Position numbers and translations under genes: made by a program. From the NCBI GenBank assembly GCA_964270895.1, contig OZ185442.1: 64,000 nt of DNA. One strand, given 5' to 3'. The stretch is from Podarcis filfolensis. Its lineage: Eukaryota. Shown here one piece after another: positions 38,280 through 51,420 of the stretch. How positions within the stretch are numbered: position 1 is the first letter of the stretch; each line of letters starts with the position of its first letter. The notes beneath the pieces were generated by a model. The model saw nothing but the letters and a program-made list of their open reading frames with translations, did not search any database and had not been told where the DNA came from.

Positions 38280-38426
38280 ACTGGCTCTTTGTCGTCCTGG
38301 TGGTGTTAGGGTTCTTTCTGGTCTTAATACTCTTTGGGATCTGCTGGTGTCAGTGCTGCCCTCACACCTGCTGCTGCTACGTCCGATGCCCCTGCTGCTC
38401 TGAGAAGTGCTGCTGCCCTGAAGCAC
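38280..38426 (+). CDS. LSR: LSR exon 5 (transmembrane helix and Cys-rich juxtamembrane region)
   Basis: [49 protein letters not shown]; tcccag| and |gtaagt; 147 nt. Confidence 0.98.
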
Positions 38427-38841
38427 GTAAGTCTTGATCTTCTCTTTCCCTGAACTGCGAGAGCAGGCAGAGCAGCTTCTGTTCTCAGATCTGCCATGAA
38501 CCTTCTGCCTGACCCTAGGACAAGTTCTCCCATCTTTGTGTGACTGCCCATAGGCTTATTAGTAAAACACCCTTGGCTCTGTGTCGGAGCAGTCCCTAAC
38601 TTTTCCCAAGCTACCTAATGCTGCATTATATCAGCATATTTCTGTAAGGGAAACATGGGCAATATGGAAGCCATCTGCCTACATTTGCACTGATGAAAAG
38701 CGGAGCAGGGCAAATGTTATCACTGACCCTGAATTTGTGATTCCCCTGAATGTTGCTGGAGGAATGCCCTGAACATTTGGCTTAGAATTCCTCTTTTCCA
38801 GCATTAATATATTGTAATCCCTAACACAAGCATGTCTTCAG

Positions 38842-39012
38842 TCTACCTTGCAGGGAAAGCTGCAACTTCAGGGGCCCCCAGTGTTTATGCACCCACCCTC
38901 TATGCATCCAGTAACCATCTGAAGCAGGGGCCCCCAGCCACTGTGATCCCCATGGGTCCAATGCCTGCCATGTACAATGGTTATGGAGTGGATTACGACA
39001 GAGCCAGTTCAG
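38842..39012 (+). CDS. LSR: LSR exon 6
   Basis: LYLAGKAATSGAPSVYAPTLY...MYNGYGVDYDRASS; cttcag| and |gtaagt; 171 nt. Confidence 0.95.
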
Positions 39013-40164
39013 GTAAGTGGCTTCTCCTAGCCAAATCCTTGCTGTCCCAGAGCTAGTTCCCTGCTGGACTGAATTGATAGTTCTAAAAGGCTTTGTGCTA
39101 GCCTAGAGCCTGACTCTTGTGAGCTCTCATTTGGGCTTAACCCTGGTCTGCTGGGTGATAGAGCTGGTTCCTCACTTCTTGTAACTGTTGGGCAGCTGCT
39201 GTCTTGCTGAACACAGTGATAAGCACATTCGGCTTTGGAAACAATCATGTAGAGGGGATGGAGTTCTTCTTCTTAGCTGGAGTTCTTCAGGCAGAGCAGG
39301 TGGTGAGGATCCTTTGGCTTGCAGGTCAGATGTGGCCTTTGAGGCTGTTTTCCCCCAGACCACACCCACCTCCCCACACCTGATGTGTGATGTCAGGGGT
39401 CAGGCAAGTAGAGAAGTGCTGCCAGTGCACAACCAGGGGCTTTAAAGTGATTTACTCCAGCTACAAAATATGAGGCTAATGAAGAGGCCTGAGACCATCT
39501 GGGCTGTGAGTCCTCGTTCCTGCCTACAGGCCTTCCCCTGTCCCTGGCCTGGGAAGGCACAGCCCTGACTGACTCCAGCTACAAAAGCTGAGGCTGCTGA
39601 ATAGACAGCTGAGTAGGGTTTATTGAGGGGAACTTATTTTATTTTGGAACTTACTATGATTTATCTGGAAATTGTCCAATTTGTGTACTTCTTGATGTTT
39701 TATTTGTTTATGCCTACTTTTGCCATGTTTGTAATTATCTGATTTTTTTTTTTATAAGCTGCCTTGCACATTGTTTGAACCTATGGAAAGGCAGCATACA
39801 AATAAAATTATGAATGAATTAATGATTGTGCATTGGCAAAAGAAGGCAGGCTTCACCTCTGCCACCCAGTGACTAATGGGAAGTAGAGCTGAAGCCTCCA
39901 GAATTGGCTGTACACAGTGCTTTGAAGGCCCAGCTTTTGGGACTTCAAAGTGCCGAATCACCTGGCATCAGGTGCTTGACAGGCAACACTAAGTAAAAGG
40001 GGTCTTGTTTACAGGGTACAACAGTGAGCCCCAGAACTGCAAGAATGACCTGATACTGCTTGTACAAGTTTGCAGGATTGAGGAGCGTAGGGATGATCAG
40101 TCATTCTCATGGCTGAATACCAAAGTTCTTTGACAATCCTTGCTGTCTCTTTATTTCATTGCAG

Positions 40165-40224
40165 TTGGTGCGAACAGCTCCCAGGTGCCCCTCCTGAGGG
40201 ATACAGATAGTATTGCAAATGCTG
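40165..40224 (+). CDS. LSR: LSR exon 7
   Basis: VGANSSQVPLLRDTDSIANA (human YVPLLRDTDSSVA); ttgcag| and |gtaaga; 60 nt. Confidence 0.93.
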
Positions 40225-41658
40225 GTAAGAAACATGTGTATTGGGGATAGAAGCAGAACTGTCTGCTTGGACCTTCATTGAGGGGCATATAAAAATGAAG
40301 TCGTGACAGCAGGCAACCTTTTGGGTGGACAAGTGCTTCACCATTGGCTGAACTAACTTGCTTCATTGTGGGAGAGCTGCCTATGAGCTCACATGGGGAA
40401 TTGTGCTTTTGGGTGATCCAGCTGTTTGTATTTGCAAGCAACTGAGGTTGAAAGCTTATGGGGTGTGGAGAGAGAGATATTGAGGGCTAATGCTTCCCTC
40501 TGCTGCACAGAAGCAGAATTGCTTGCTAATTAATAAAGATAGAGCAGGAAATTGCTCATGTAGTGAGTTTGCTTAGGATTTCCTTCTCACCTTCCAGATG
40601 CACACTTTTTAGGATAGTATGAGAGGATACCACATAGGCTTCTGAGATATTGTCCTGTTTAGTGCCCAGGAATGGCACTTGCAAGATCCTGGGCAGCTCC
40701 TCGCCACCTCTTCTATGCTGAGCAGGGCCAGTAATGGTGCCACTTGGAGGAATAGCACCCCACGCCCACCAAAGTATCTTAACTGGGAAGAGTTCAATTC
40801 CCCCAGTGGGCCATTGCTGACCATATTGGGTGGACAAGTTCCTATATAGAACCCTCAAGCTCCTGGAATGCAAGTATGTGGCCGGAAAAAAAAGCTAAAA
40901 ATGCAGCAGCAGCAAAAACAAGCCAGAAAATGTACAGACTGGCAGAAAGTGGACAGATTTAAAAAACTCCTGCTTGGAACAGAGGTGGCAAAAGAACATA
41001 GGCAGGGTGCTGTTGCCCTCTTTGTACCGATACTCAGTAGCACACCTAGTTTGAGCCGTTGCTTGGACTCTGTGTTCCAAACATAGCTGTGCTGAATACT
41101 TGCCGCTACATGGTTTAGGGCCATAGTGCCACAGATATATGAATGCTATCCTGCCATTTGAACTTAGAAAGCCTTGGAAAGGGATTCATGGAGACAACGA
41201 CTGCCTCTTGGGGAGAAACATCATGCTCAGCAGAGGAGAGAATTTTCCAGGCTGTGTTGGGAGGACCTTTCCCAACATGCAGAGAAATGTGCCCTTGTTC
41301 ACAGAGTGCCTGTTGCATCCTGGAGATTCCCCCTTTATTTTTAAATCTGCTGAAGCAGGCGATGAGGTTGCCGTTTATTCTCCCACTTTTCTGCAGCCAG
41401 ACCCTTCATCTGCTGTAGGCTGTGCAGGCAGGTTGGGGGGCAGCTGTAGACCAAAAGACTGGGAGAGGCAGGGTGCAGGAGAAGGGACAGCTGTTGCCTC
41501 TTTCCAGTTCAGCGCTGCATTTAAAGATCTTGGTGGTGGGCAAATCCCTTGGTTGTAGCCCTGTTTGCTGCGTTTTGTCCCGTGGAAGACATTTGGCTCC
41601 CTGCAAATAGGGAAATGGGCCTCTGTCCTAAAGCCTGCTCCTGATGTCTCTTCCCCAG

Positions 41659-41790
41659 CTGTGCGCAGCGGCTACCGCATCCAAGCCAACCAGCAGGATG
41701 ACTCCATGCGGGTGCTCTACTATATGGAGAAGGAGCTGGCCAACTTTGACCCCACCCGCCCGGGCCAGCCTAATGGGAGGCTTGAGAAAG
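41659..41790 (+). CDS. LSR: LSR exon 8
   Basis: AVRSGYRIQANQQDDSMRVLYYMEKELANFDPTRPGQPNGRLEK; ccccag| and |gtactt; 132 nt. Confidence 0.97.
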
Positions 41791-41948
41791 GTACTTTGGT
41801 TGGGTCCTTCTTTGTGTGTGGAAGCACACCACGGGGCTCCCCAAGAACAGCCCTCAGGGACAGCTGTTTTTTAGGAGAGCATGATAACTAGCTGATGACT
41901 CATTTGCAGCCTAGAAGCTTTTGACCCCCTCTTGCACTTACTTTCCAG

Positions 41949-42577
41949 CCTCCGTGATGAGCGAACTGAGCTCTCTGCATGAGGACGATCGGCGCTACGA
42001 ACTGCGGCAGGGGCTGGGCCGTCTGCGCGGCCAGGCCATGTCTCCCATCAGCGACGTGGAAGAGGAGAGCATGCGGAGCAGCGAGACCAGGCGCTTGCTA
42101 CCTCCCTTGCAGCGCGGCCACTACGAGGACCCTCCGTCGCGAGGCTATGGCCGGCGGCCCCGATCCCGCTCGGTGGACGCTCTGGATGATCTGGACCGGG
42201 ACCCTTATCCAGACCGACCCAGGAGCCGCGGCCGACGTGGCTCCGATGATGACGAGTGGCACCGCCGCGACTATTCCCCAGACTCCCGCGACGACTATGA
42301 CCGCTACGGCGGACGGCGCAGCCGGAGCAGGGATGACCTGAGGGACCTGGACCGATCGCACTACGATGACCGGATCTTGCAGGAAGCGCTGCGGCGGAAG
42401 CAGAAGGCGGCCGGCCGTGAGGACCGGGATCATGCCAGTACATCAAGTGGGAGGCCCGGCAACAGGAGAAACGGAGATGACGATAGCAATGGGTTCCCCC
42501 CGCCGCCGCCACCACCTCCGTACACAGAGACAGAGTCTGTTTCTTCCCGTGGCAAGAATGACCGCAAGCTCCGGAGG
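41949..42577 (+). CDS. LSR: LSR exon 9 (Arg/Asp/Ser-rich tail, RSRSVDAL and PPPY motifs)
   Basis: MSELSSLHEDD...RRPRSRSVDALDDL...RSRSRDDL...PPPPPPPPYTETES; ttccag| and |gtgagt; 629 nt, phase 1-0. Confidence 0.97.
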
Positions 42578-43000
42578 GTGAGTAGGGGGGTAGGGAGAGA
42601 ACACTGCCAACATGGTGCATGATAGAATTGCCTTGGAGTTTCAGATGAAACATGGCCTTCAGTTGACTGCTGGATCCTTTTACGTTGCTAGCGAAGTGGA
42701 GGAATGAGGCCCTCAAGGGCGATTCGTTTCTTTCTCCTGAGGAGATTGAGCTGCTGTTGGTTCAACAGAGGAGATGTTCCAGGGTAGGAGTGGGTACTTT
42801 CAGGTGTTGTGGGACTCCCAGTTTCCATCCACACCAGCCGGCATAGCCGGTCTTCAGGGATGATGGGAATTGGAGTCTAGTAATGTCTAGGGAGGCCACA
42901 TTCTCCCCACCCCTGTTCTTGGGGCTGACCCAAATGAAAGACCCAGCGTTGTACTGATAAGAGTAACTGAAGTGATTGGAGTGGTTCAGTCAGCTTTATA

Positions 43001-43330
43001 AAGGTAAAGGGACCCCTGACCATTAGGTCCAGTCGTGGCCGACTCTGGGGTTGCGGTGCTCATCTCGCTTTATTGGCTGAGGGAGCTTCCAGGTCATGTG
43101 GCCAGCATGACTAAGCCGCTTCTGGCAAACCAGGGCAGCACACGGAAACGCCTTTACCTTCCCGCCGGAGTGGTGCCTATTTATCTACTTGCACTTCATG
43201 CTTTCGAACTGCTAGGTTGGCAGGAGCAGGGACCAAGCAAAGGGAGCTCACCCCGTTGCGGGGATTCGAACTGCCGACCTTCGGCAAGTCCTAGGCTCTG
43301 TGGTTTAACCCACAGCGCCACCTGTGTCCC
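43001..43330 (-). mobile_element. Near full-length Sauria SINE in LSR intron 9
   Basis: (accttt)n tail at left, tRNA-like head at right, 13-bp TSD agtcagctttata (42988 and 43331). Confidence 0.92.
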
Positions 43331-43679
43331 AGTCAGCTTTATAGGGGAAGATTATCCAGCAGCTAGGGCTTTTTAGGATCTGCTATGGGAATGTTGCTTA
43401 AAGGAAGACCAAAACTAGCTTTCTGGTTAGTGGCTCCAAGATAGTAGAATTGGAGACCCACCAGTATCTGTCTTTATTACTGAAGCTCAGGAAGCTGTGC
43501 GAAGGTGTTTTAGGGGGCCCGTGTTTGGATCTTGGTCAATAAAAGCATGTGTGTCTTCTATTTGTGGTGTTTTTGTTACATCTTGTGGTGTTAACAGCCT
43601 TGGGTTGTTCTAAAAATCTGGTGAGATATAAACGTCTTAAATTGTATTACTGAACCTTGACTTTTTTTTTGCCCTACAG

Positions 43680-43715
43680 AATCATGCTGTCAGCAGGGAA
43701 AGTTTGGTGGTTTAA
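43680..43715 (+). CDS. LSR: LSR exon 10 (NHAVSRESLVV*, C-terminal PDZ-binding motif)
   Basis: ctacag|AAT...GTG GTT TAA; the ESLVV terminus is as in human. Total CDS 1755 nt = 584 aa. Confidence 0.96.
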   Translation, partial: NHAVSRESLVV

Positions 43716-44589
43716 CCCTTTCCATACCTTTGCCTTGGGTGGATGAGAGAAGTCCTGTGCCTTGGACAGCTACAACAACTGCGTCTTGGCTTGTTGATAT
43801 GAGCTTTATTCACCTGGAGTCTATAAAGTGGAGCAAGTGGAGCTTTCGTGTATGCCCAGCTGACAACAGGGACTAGTCGACTGGACCAAACTTGAGAAAT
43901 GGACCTCATGGTGCCTTAGGTTTAACTTCATTGCATATCAGCTGAGAATCTTAAGGAGTTTGCACTGCAGGAGAACTTTTAAGATCCTTTTTTGGTGCTC
44001 CTTTTAAATTTCAGGCCTAGTTTTATTTTTTACGTAGTGTTCAGGAGGGCACTTGAACGCGATCCTACAGTACTGTACTGGAAACAGAAACCAGTGGTCT
44101 TATTCTGCCAAAAGGAGATCTTCCTCTCCCTTTACCTTTTTGAATAATTTTGAAGATGATTCCAAAGAGAATCTACCGGAACTACATTTTCCGCATAGGT
44201 TTTTGAAGTGCTTCAAACACATTTTTTTTCTTTTCATTTTATTTTTTATTCCGTAAAATTTATGTACCGCTTGATTGTAAAAAACAAACAAACTCAAAAG
44301 CGGTTTATGAAAGTGGTTTATACATGAGTTGTGTGATTTTGTGCGTGCAAGATTTTTTCCCTTTGTAAACAAAGTATAGACTGCCAGTGCTGTAAATATT
44401 CTAAGGCAGGCGTGGGAAACCTGTGGCCTTGCAGATGTTGCTGGACTACAAATTCCATCACCCCTGACCCCATTTTCTGGGGCTGATAGGAGTCTTAACA
44501 ACAGCGGCATCACTACAGGCTCCCAACCCTTGTTTCTAGAGCGCAAAGAGTTTATAATTTTGTTGAGATTGCTGTTTTATAGAAATGAA

Positions 44590-44595
44590 AATAAA
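44590..44595 (+). terminator. LSR polyadenylation signal
   Basis: AATAAA about 875 nt after the stop, at the end of an AU-rich 3' UTR, followed by GT-rich sequence. Confidence 0.65.
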
Positions 44596-45448
44596 ACAAG
44601 TAGGATTGAATTCTTGACTAGGATGTGATGTTGGAAAAGGGTGGGTGAAAAACATCCCTCTTACTAGCTTTTGTGTATTTTTTTAAAAAAAATAATTATT
44701 ATTCTGAGGTGGGTTTCTTTTTTAAAAAAAGCACATGTAGAGCATTTTAGAGAGGAGTTAAAGCAACTCTGAAGTTAGTTGCGTAAATGTTCATGTTTGT
44801 GCACGTAGGCCACCACTAATTAAAGGCTGAACATAACAGCATAAATAAAGGGTCATGCAATGTTGAATACTACAGATTTCTCCCCCTCCCCCCAACAAAA
44901 TGGTGAGTTCTATGCCTGTAGTGCTGAGAATTATATCTTTTGCATTGACATTTTCCATTTTAGAGACCACAGTATTAAGTTGTTCTAAGGCAACTGTTTG
45001 CTGCAAACTGTGTTTCCAAACTTCCTATGGAAGATCCTCTGCCAGTGGTAGCAGTGATATTTAAGCTGGTTTGAGGATGGTGTAAAGTTTGTAATGGACA
45101 CCCATTTTAGGAACTTGTAAAAATTTGCCATAGGAGAAGCCTTGAGAGGAGGAAAGGCTTGCAGGGGGAGGAGAGAGGTTATTATTAAGGCCTTCCTCCT
45201 GTGCCTTTTTTCCCACTCAAAATCTACGACTCACAGCTGCTTATCCACTCCTGGAGAAAATACTTTGACTAGAGCAGAAAAGACTCCGTTTCCTTTCTTC
45301 CTCTCCCTTCCACTCATATCTGGAGCCTCTTGCAAGCGCTTTTCATTTAAAAACAAAACGCCATCTTCCATGTCTAGTTTGAATCCCTTGTGATGGTTGC
45401 AGAGCGGTGGGGGAAAGAAGCAGAGGAGCTTTGATGTTCTCAAACTGT

Positions 45449-45461
45449 CCAGCAGGTGGCA
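45449..45461 (+). promoter_or_regulatory. Putative CTCF site
   Basis: CCAGCAGGTGGCA fits the CTCF core CCASYAGRKGGC; about 850 bp downstream of the LSR polyA signal. Confidence 0.45.
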
Positions 45462-46052
45462 AATCAACAGCAGCAACCACTGGGCTTACTATATTGGAAG
45501 TGATGGTTGTGCAATGTGTGCTTGCTGGGGTGGCGTCGTGAAATGCTGAAGCTTGCAGTTTTCCAGGCTGGCCATGAGAGGGACAACTTTTGGGCTGGCA
45601 CATTCACATGTCGTGTTGCGTGACCAGGCACTGCAAAGAGATGCATGCAGCCCAAAGCCTCCGCTCCCGGAGACAACAGAGGCCACAGATGCCCTCTCAA
45701 TCCAGGATGTGTGATTTTGGTTGGGTTACTTTTTTGAATGAAGAGTATTAAATACTAGGATGTGCATTGTTAGCAGTATTAGCCCACAGAAGCGCACAGC
45801 CCTTCCGATATTTCGGTGTGTCTCTGCACACAAACGCCTGCTTCATAATAAAACCTTTACGACCAAAACCCTTACGCAACTAAGCAGCAGCTGGTTGCAG
45901 CAGGGCTGTCCTTGCAACGTAGTCTCCCCTCAAAAAGGATATTGGATAGTTGGAAAAGATTCAGAAACAGGTTGTAGGGATGGGGAGTCTCCCCTATGTG
46001 GAATGGTATGGAGCTTGCTTTTTTTAGAGAAAAAGTATGTAAGAGGCAGGAT

Positions 46053-46370
46053 AGGTAAAGGTAAAGGGACCCCTGAACGTTAGGTCCAGTCGTGGCCGAC
46101 TCTGGGGTTGCGCCGCTCATCTCGCTTTATTGGCCGAGGGAGCCAGCATGACTAAGCCGCTTCTGGCGAACCAGAGCAGCGCACGGAAATGCCATTTGCC
46201 TTCTGGAGCGGTATCTATTTATCTACTTGCACTTTGACGTGCTTTCGAACTGCTAGGTTGGCAGGAGCAGTGACCGAGCAACGGGAGCTCACCCCGTCAC
46301 GGGGATTCAAACCGCCGATGTTCTGATCAGCAAGTCCTAGGCTCTGTGGTTTAACCCACAGCGCCACCCA
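46053..46370 (-). mobile_element. Sauria SINE
   Basis: Colinear and highly similar to the 43001 copy. Confidence 0.9.
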
Positions 46371-46409
46371 CATGATGCGGAGAATGTGAGTAGAGGGAAG
46401 TTTACTTTC

Positions 46410-46740
46410 CCTTGCATAATACTAGAACATGGGGCCGTCCACTAATGAAGCTGAATATTGGGAGATTCAGGACAGACAAAATTACTGATTTATATGGTGC
46501 ATAGTTAAAGTATGGAATTCACTCCCACAAGAGGTATGGTCACCAACTTGGCTGGCTTTAAAAGAGGATTAGAAAAATTCAAGGAGGCTAGGGTGATGTT
46601 TTACCTGTCCTCTTGGGAGGCACTAAGCCTCTAAATGCAAGTTGTTAGGAATCACAGGTGGGAGAGGGCTGTTGCACCCAGGGCCTGCTTCCCATAGGCA
46701 CCTGGCCATTGTGAGAACAGGATGCTGGACTAGATGGGCC
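46410..46740 (+). mobile_element. Old CR1 3' fragment
   Basis: ggaattcactcccacaagagg...ggctttaaaagaggattaga...gaacaggatgctggactagatgggcc CR1 tail. Confidence 0.55.
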
Positions 46741-49700
46741 TTTACCCTTGTATTCTTAAGCAGAGCTGTGTCCAGTATTTGGCATGCAGTAGTGCTTTAA
46801 TATATCAATATATCTGATTGCACGTCAGCCAGGATTATATCTGACAGTTTTCGATTGCTTTGCATGCCATGGAACCTAATAGCTGGCAATATTTGATTGA
46901 TAGCGTGCCACAAAATATGGATGTGACGAAAGGTTCAGATTTATTTATTTGGTTTTATTTTGGTTTGTCTCAGTCATACAGTGGCTACAAGTCCTAACAA
47001 TATAGGAAGCCAGCAGCACTTAAGGTGGTGCAAGCTACCCCTATTCCAAACTTTGTTCAGGAGTGGGGTTACTGCTGGTTAAGCCAGCCTGAGCCTAGCG
47101 CAGGGAAAACAAGCCTTTAAAATAAGAGTTTGACCAGCTTTGAGCAACCTGAGATGTGCTTGTGCCAAGCTTGCTCTTCCCAGCAGATCTTGGGCTTGGA
47201 TTGCACAGTTAGACTGCAATCCTATACACGTTGTAACTTTCTTCATTGCACAGATGAGGAAGCTTGACACGAGCAGCTTGCTCTGCTTTAATGGAGGAGA
47301 AATATTTTTTTGATTGTATGGTTTTGTGTATGTATTTTTGAAATGGTGCAGGAATTTGACTGCTCAAAGTAAACCAGTAGCAACTCTTGCAAGGGAGGGG
47401 ATACTAAGATTACTGACCACAGCCCTTAAACCCTTACTGGCTTCCACTGCCGCACAATGCTCAAGATAGTGGAAAAGGGCTGTGTTGTACTCTCCACTTT
47501 ATATTGCACAAACCAACATTGCAATGAAGATCATAGGCACCAGTAGTTGTATACTTGTGGAGGCTGCTGTGGCATTTGGGTTTGGATTGAAAAATGAAAC
47601 AATCAGAAATGCCAACAGCCACTCCCAGTGGAGTATTTCTATTCTTAGTCTTGCTTTTCTAGAACAAATTATCCTAAATCCCCAAGTGCACTCCAGCATC
47701 CTTCCTCTGCCTGATGCTCACCAAGCTGAATTATTTAAAATGCTGAGTCACTAAACTCCAGGTCAAGAAGAAGATGGGCCGCTGTCAGGCCCTTTGCTTG
47801 CAGATATCAGTGTGTCTTTGTTTTAAAACTTTGCAAGAGGGACTGCTAGGGAGAACATAAAAAGGCTTTCACTACTTCACTCCAAAACAGAAAAGGCCTC
47901 GGGAGGTATATTTACTAATGGTTACATTTTAAACTTTTTATATGCTGCTTTCAGGTGTACTGTCAATATGGTTGATGAAATTTGGAAACTCTACAAATGC
48001 AACCAACACAACCCCCCCCCCCCAGAAAAGGCTCTGATCCCACTCGAAAAATAATGTTGTACCTGATGCTGAAAGGATAATAAAAATGGTACAACCATTA
48101 GTAGAGAGAGTGGTGTGTTGACCTCTACCACATATCACCCATTAGCAGACATACAGAAACAGAGTCTTACTGAGTTGCTGCTGGGAAAAGGCCTAGCCAT
48201 AACAAAGATGTTTCCACCGTTTTAAAGATTGCAGTAGAACTATGCAATGTGCATAGATATGCCCAGGTTTCGATTGTGAAGGGTGAAAGCCATGCGTTGC
48301 ATGAAAGATCTTGCTGCTTTTGCCTTGGTCATTTTCAGATTCATTATTATTATTAGTTTCATTTCTATAACGCTTTATATTTTAAAGAAAAACATCTCAA
48401 CCTTCATTTAAGTTTAAAACATCCTGCTGCAGCCTCGGGTCCTAGCCTACTTCTGCCCTAGGCTTCCATTGTCTTCTAATGCTCCATGAATGACGGAACA
48501 TATGGCTTTCCAGATGTTGTTGGACTTCAACTCCCATAATGCCCCTACCCAGCTTTGCCGATAGTGAGGGAAGATGAGCACTGTAGTCCAACATTGGCAG
48601 GTCCCTTGCCCCTGTTGTAGGCTATCGGCAGCTCAAGCCAGAGCACTATCTGTTTAATAATTTGAATAATAATAATTTTATTATTTATATCCTGACCATC
48701 TGGCTGGGTTTACCCAGCCACTCTGGGTGACTTCCAGCAAAATATAAAAGCACAATAAAACGTCAAACCTTGACTTGTCCTGTCCTTTTGTGACATCTGG
48801 GAAGCTCAGCACATGAGTTGCCTATGGCTTCATCACCACTTCCCCACAAAAAATAGCTATAGAGTGAGAATTAAATCAAGAATGGTTTGTGTTACCTTTT
48901 ATGAAAAAAATATACTGAAGCCTAAAGTAGCTATGAAGTAAGCCCACTGAGCAAAAAAGCAAACTGGTGTTATTATTTTGAGTGCATCAAACTTACTTTG
49001 TTGTAAAATGTGGTTTTCTTTGGATGCTTTTGATGTTGAATGCCTAGCACAAGTTATAAATTTAGATGGTACCTTTCCCCAATCTATATGTTTGCATTCA
49101 TTTTATGCTAATGCCCCAGTTAACCCAGAATATTGCATGTGTACCCTCCACCATCAGACTGCTTTCTGCCATCACCTCTTTCTCTCTCATGTGATTCCTT
49201 CTTTCTCCATTGCCTTTTCTCTCTCTCGCACGCTCCACTGGAGCTCCTGATGAGTTATTTTTAGTGCTGCTCTACTACTGCCCCGGGCCTCCTGACCAAT
49301 CTGCAGCAAAGAAGCTGCAGAGTTGAAACGCATCGAGAGACTCCAGCTGCGCCCACCCCTTTCTCGACGGCACCAGGGTGTCTTTGAAGAGGACTAGGGT
49401 GGGCAAAAGGGCACTGCATGGCATTTCCCAAAGTTGGCAGTTTTGAAGGAAAGTGGTTAAGGCAGGGTGGGATGGGGGATTGTGCAACACCTCAAGGGGT
49501 GATGGTGGCCTTGGCAGAGGAGTTCTTGCAAGCACAGTTATTGATTCTGACACCACAACCTCTCTTCTTCCTTTTGCACCCCAATCACTGGGGGAAGGAA
49601 GGAATGGTACTTTTAATTCAAGGAGGAGGTAGATACAGTACTTGACACCTGCTGGAGGTTCTGGTTAAAAAAGCAACAAAACCCTGTTCAGCCACAAAAC

Positions 49701-51257
49701 ATGCATGCATACATACATACATAAATACATTTTATTTGTATGCCACCCTTCCATAGTTAAAACCATGCTCAATTAAATAATTACAAACATAACAAAAATA
49801 GTAATAAATAATTAAAAAACACATCAGAAAGTACACAACCAAGTCAACAATTTCCACATTAGATCATAAGAACTAAAAATTTAAAAAAACAAAGATACAG
49901 AAAGATAAGTAACAGCAACAAGCACTTTAAACAATACCCTAGCCCAAGGGTCTGTTCAGCAGCCTGTTTTTGTAGCTGGAGTCAGTTCAGGCCCTGCCCT
50001 CCTAGGTCAGGTGGAAAAAGCCTGCAAGGCAGGGAGCTGGTCTTCCAGGAGTCACAGCCAAGACTTACTCCTAGGTAAGAGGGAATAGGATGCTACTTGT
50101 CTTATTTATCAAAGTTACGTAATTGAGTCTGATTTTGTCTGTCATGGGAAACAGCAAGAGATACGGACCTCATTCCAGCATCCCAAATTGCATAAGACAA
50201 AGATTGATTGACTGATTGATTGGACTATATGCTCAATATATATTCCATATATTTACTGGAATATATGTTCTGCCAAGGAACTCTGTGGTGGCTTAAAATT
50301 AAAAATTACCTATGATAAAGATGCAAAAGACAACAATAAAACAGAAGCAGACTCCTTTGTCTGTTGATGCTTTGTTTTCTAGGAGCTGATGGCATGAGGA
50401 CACAAGCCTAGCCAACTCTCTCGCATTCCCCTTGGGAAAGGGCCTGGAAAGGGACTGGTTAGGGCCTGGGAAAGAGACTGTCCCAACCAATTGAAACCTG
50501 AGCTTTCGAAAAGGACAAATGGGGTAGTTTTCTGTCTGTAGTAAAATTCCCTACAGACCCTCTTGTGAGTGGTTCCACAGTTCTCAGAAGCTTGGGTGGT
50601 GGTGACCTGGGAGAGGGCATTATATGTGGCATGGAACCCCCTTTCCACAGAGGTGTGCCTGGTACAGTTTTTGTCGTACGCTGAAGATGCTCTCCTTTAA
50701 ATAAATCACATTCTTCACCATCACCATCGGTTGTGTCTCCATACTGGTTGCATGGAGGCAGACGTCTCCTTGAGGCCTTTTCAAAGACATGGAGGCAGGC
50801 AGCTGCTTCTGCGGTCCTCCCCCCTCCCACCCTGTTGCTCCCGTCTTCTCAATTATTAATGGCTCAATAGTGCTGGCTCATCCTGCCGAAGGAGACGTCA
50901 GCACGGATGCGGTGCTCCGCCTCTGTTGCTCCCTTGTGGCTGACTGAATGGAGGAAAGCAACTTAAAACAGGGAAGCAATAGCAGCCTGAAAGAACTCCT
51001 GCAGCTTTCATCTGCTTCTGTGGCTTCCACCACCACCCCTGTGGGTCTGCCTCCCGCTGTTGCTGTTTTCATCCCTTTTACCCAGTATGTCTCTCTGTTC
51101 CATTTAATCAAACTCAGTGTCTGCATTTATTTGTCCCTTCCCTCTTTCGAGTGTGATGGTAATCTTTTAGGTAAAATACTTAATTTGCCATTAATATTTC
51201 TGCCTCTTCCTCCATCTTCCTGCGTTCTTTTTTAAAATTATTCTGCAATTGCAGTAC

Positions 51258-51420
51258 AATCATAGAACTGCAATGGTTGCCTAGTCCAACCTCCTGCAAT
51301 GAAGGACTCTCAGCTAAAGCATCCATGACAGATGGCCATCCGACCTCTGCTTAAAAACCTTAAAGGAAGGAGAGTCCACAACCTCCTGAGGGAGACTGTT
51401 CCACTGTCAAACAGATCTTA
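51258..51420 (-). mobile_element. CR1 3' end fragment
   Basis: Same 3' sequence as the 15348 copy (ggagtccacaacctcc...ctgttccactg). Confidence 0.75.

Noticed and set aside
42048-42716. 222-aa - strand ORF
   Set aside because: Antisense shadow of LSR exon 9.
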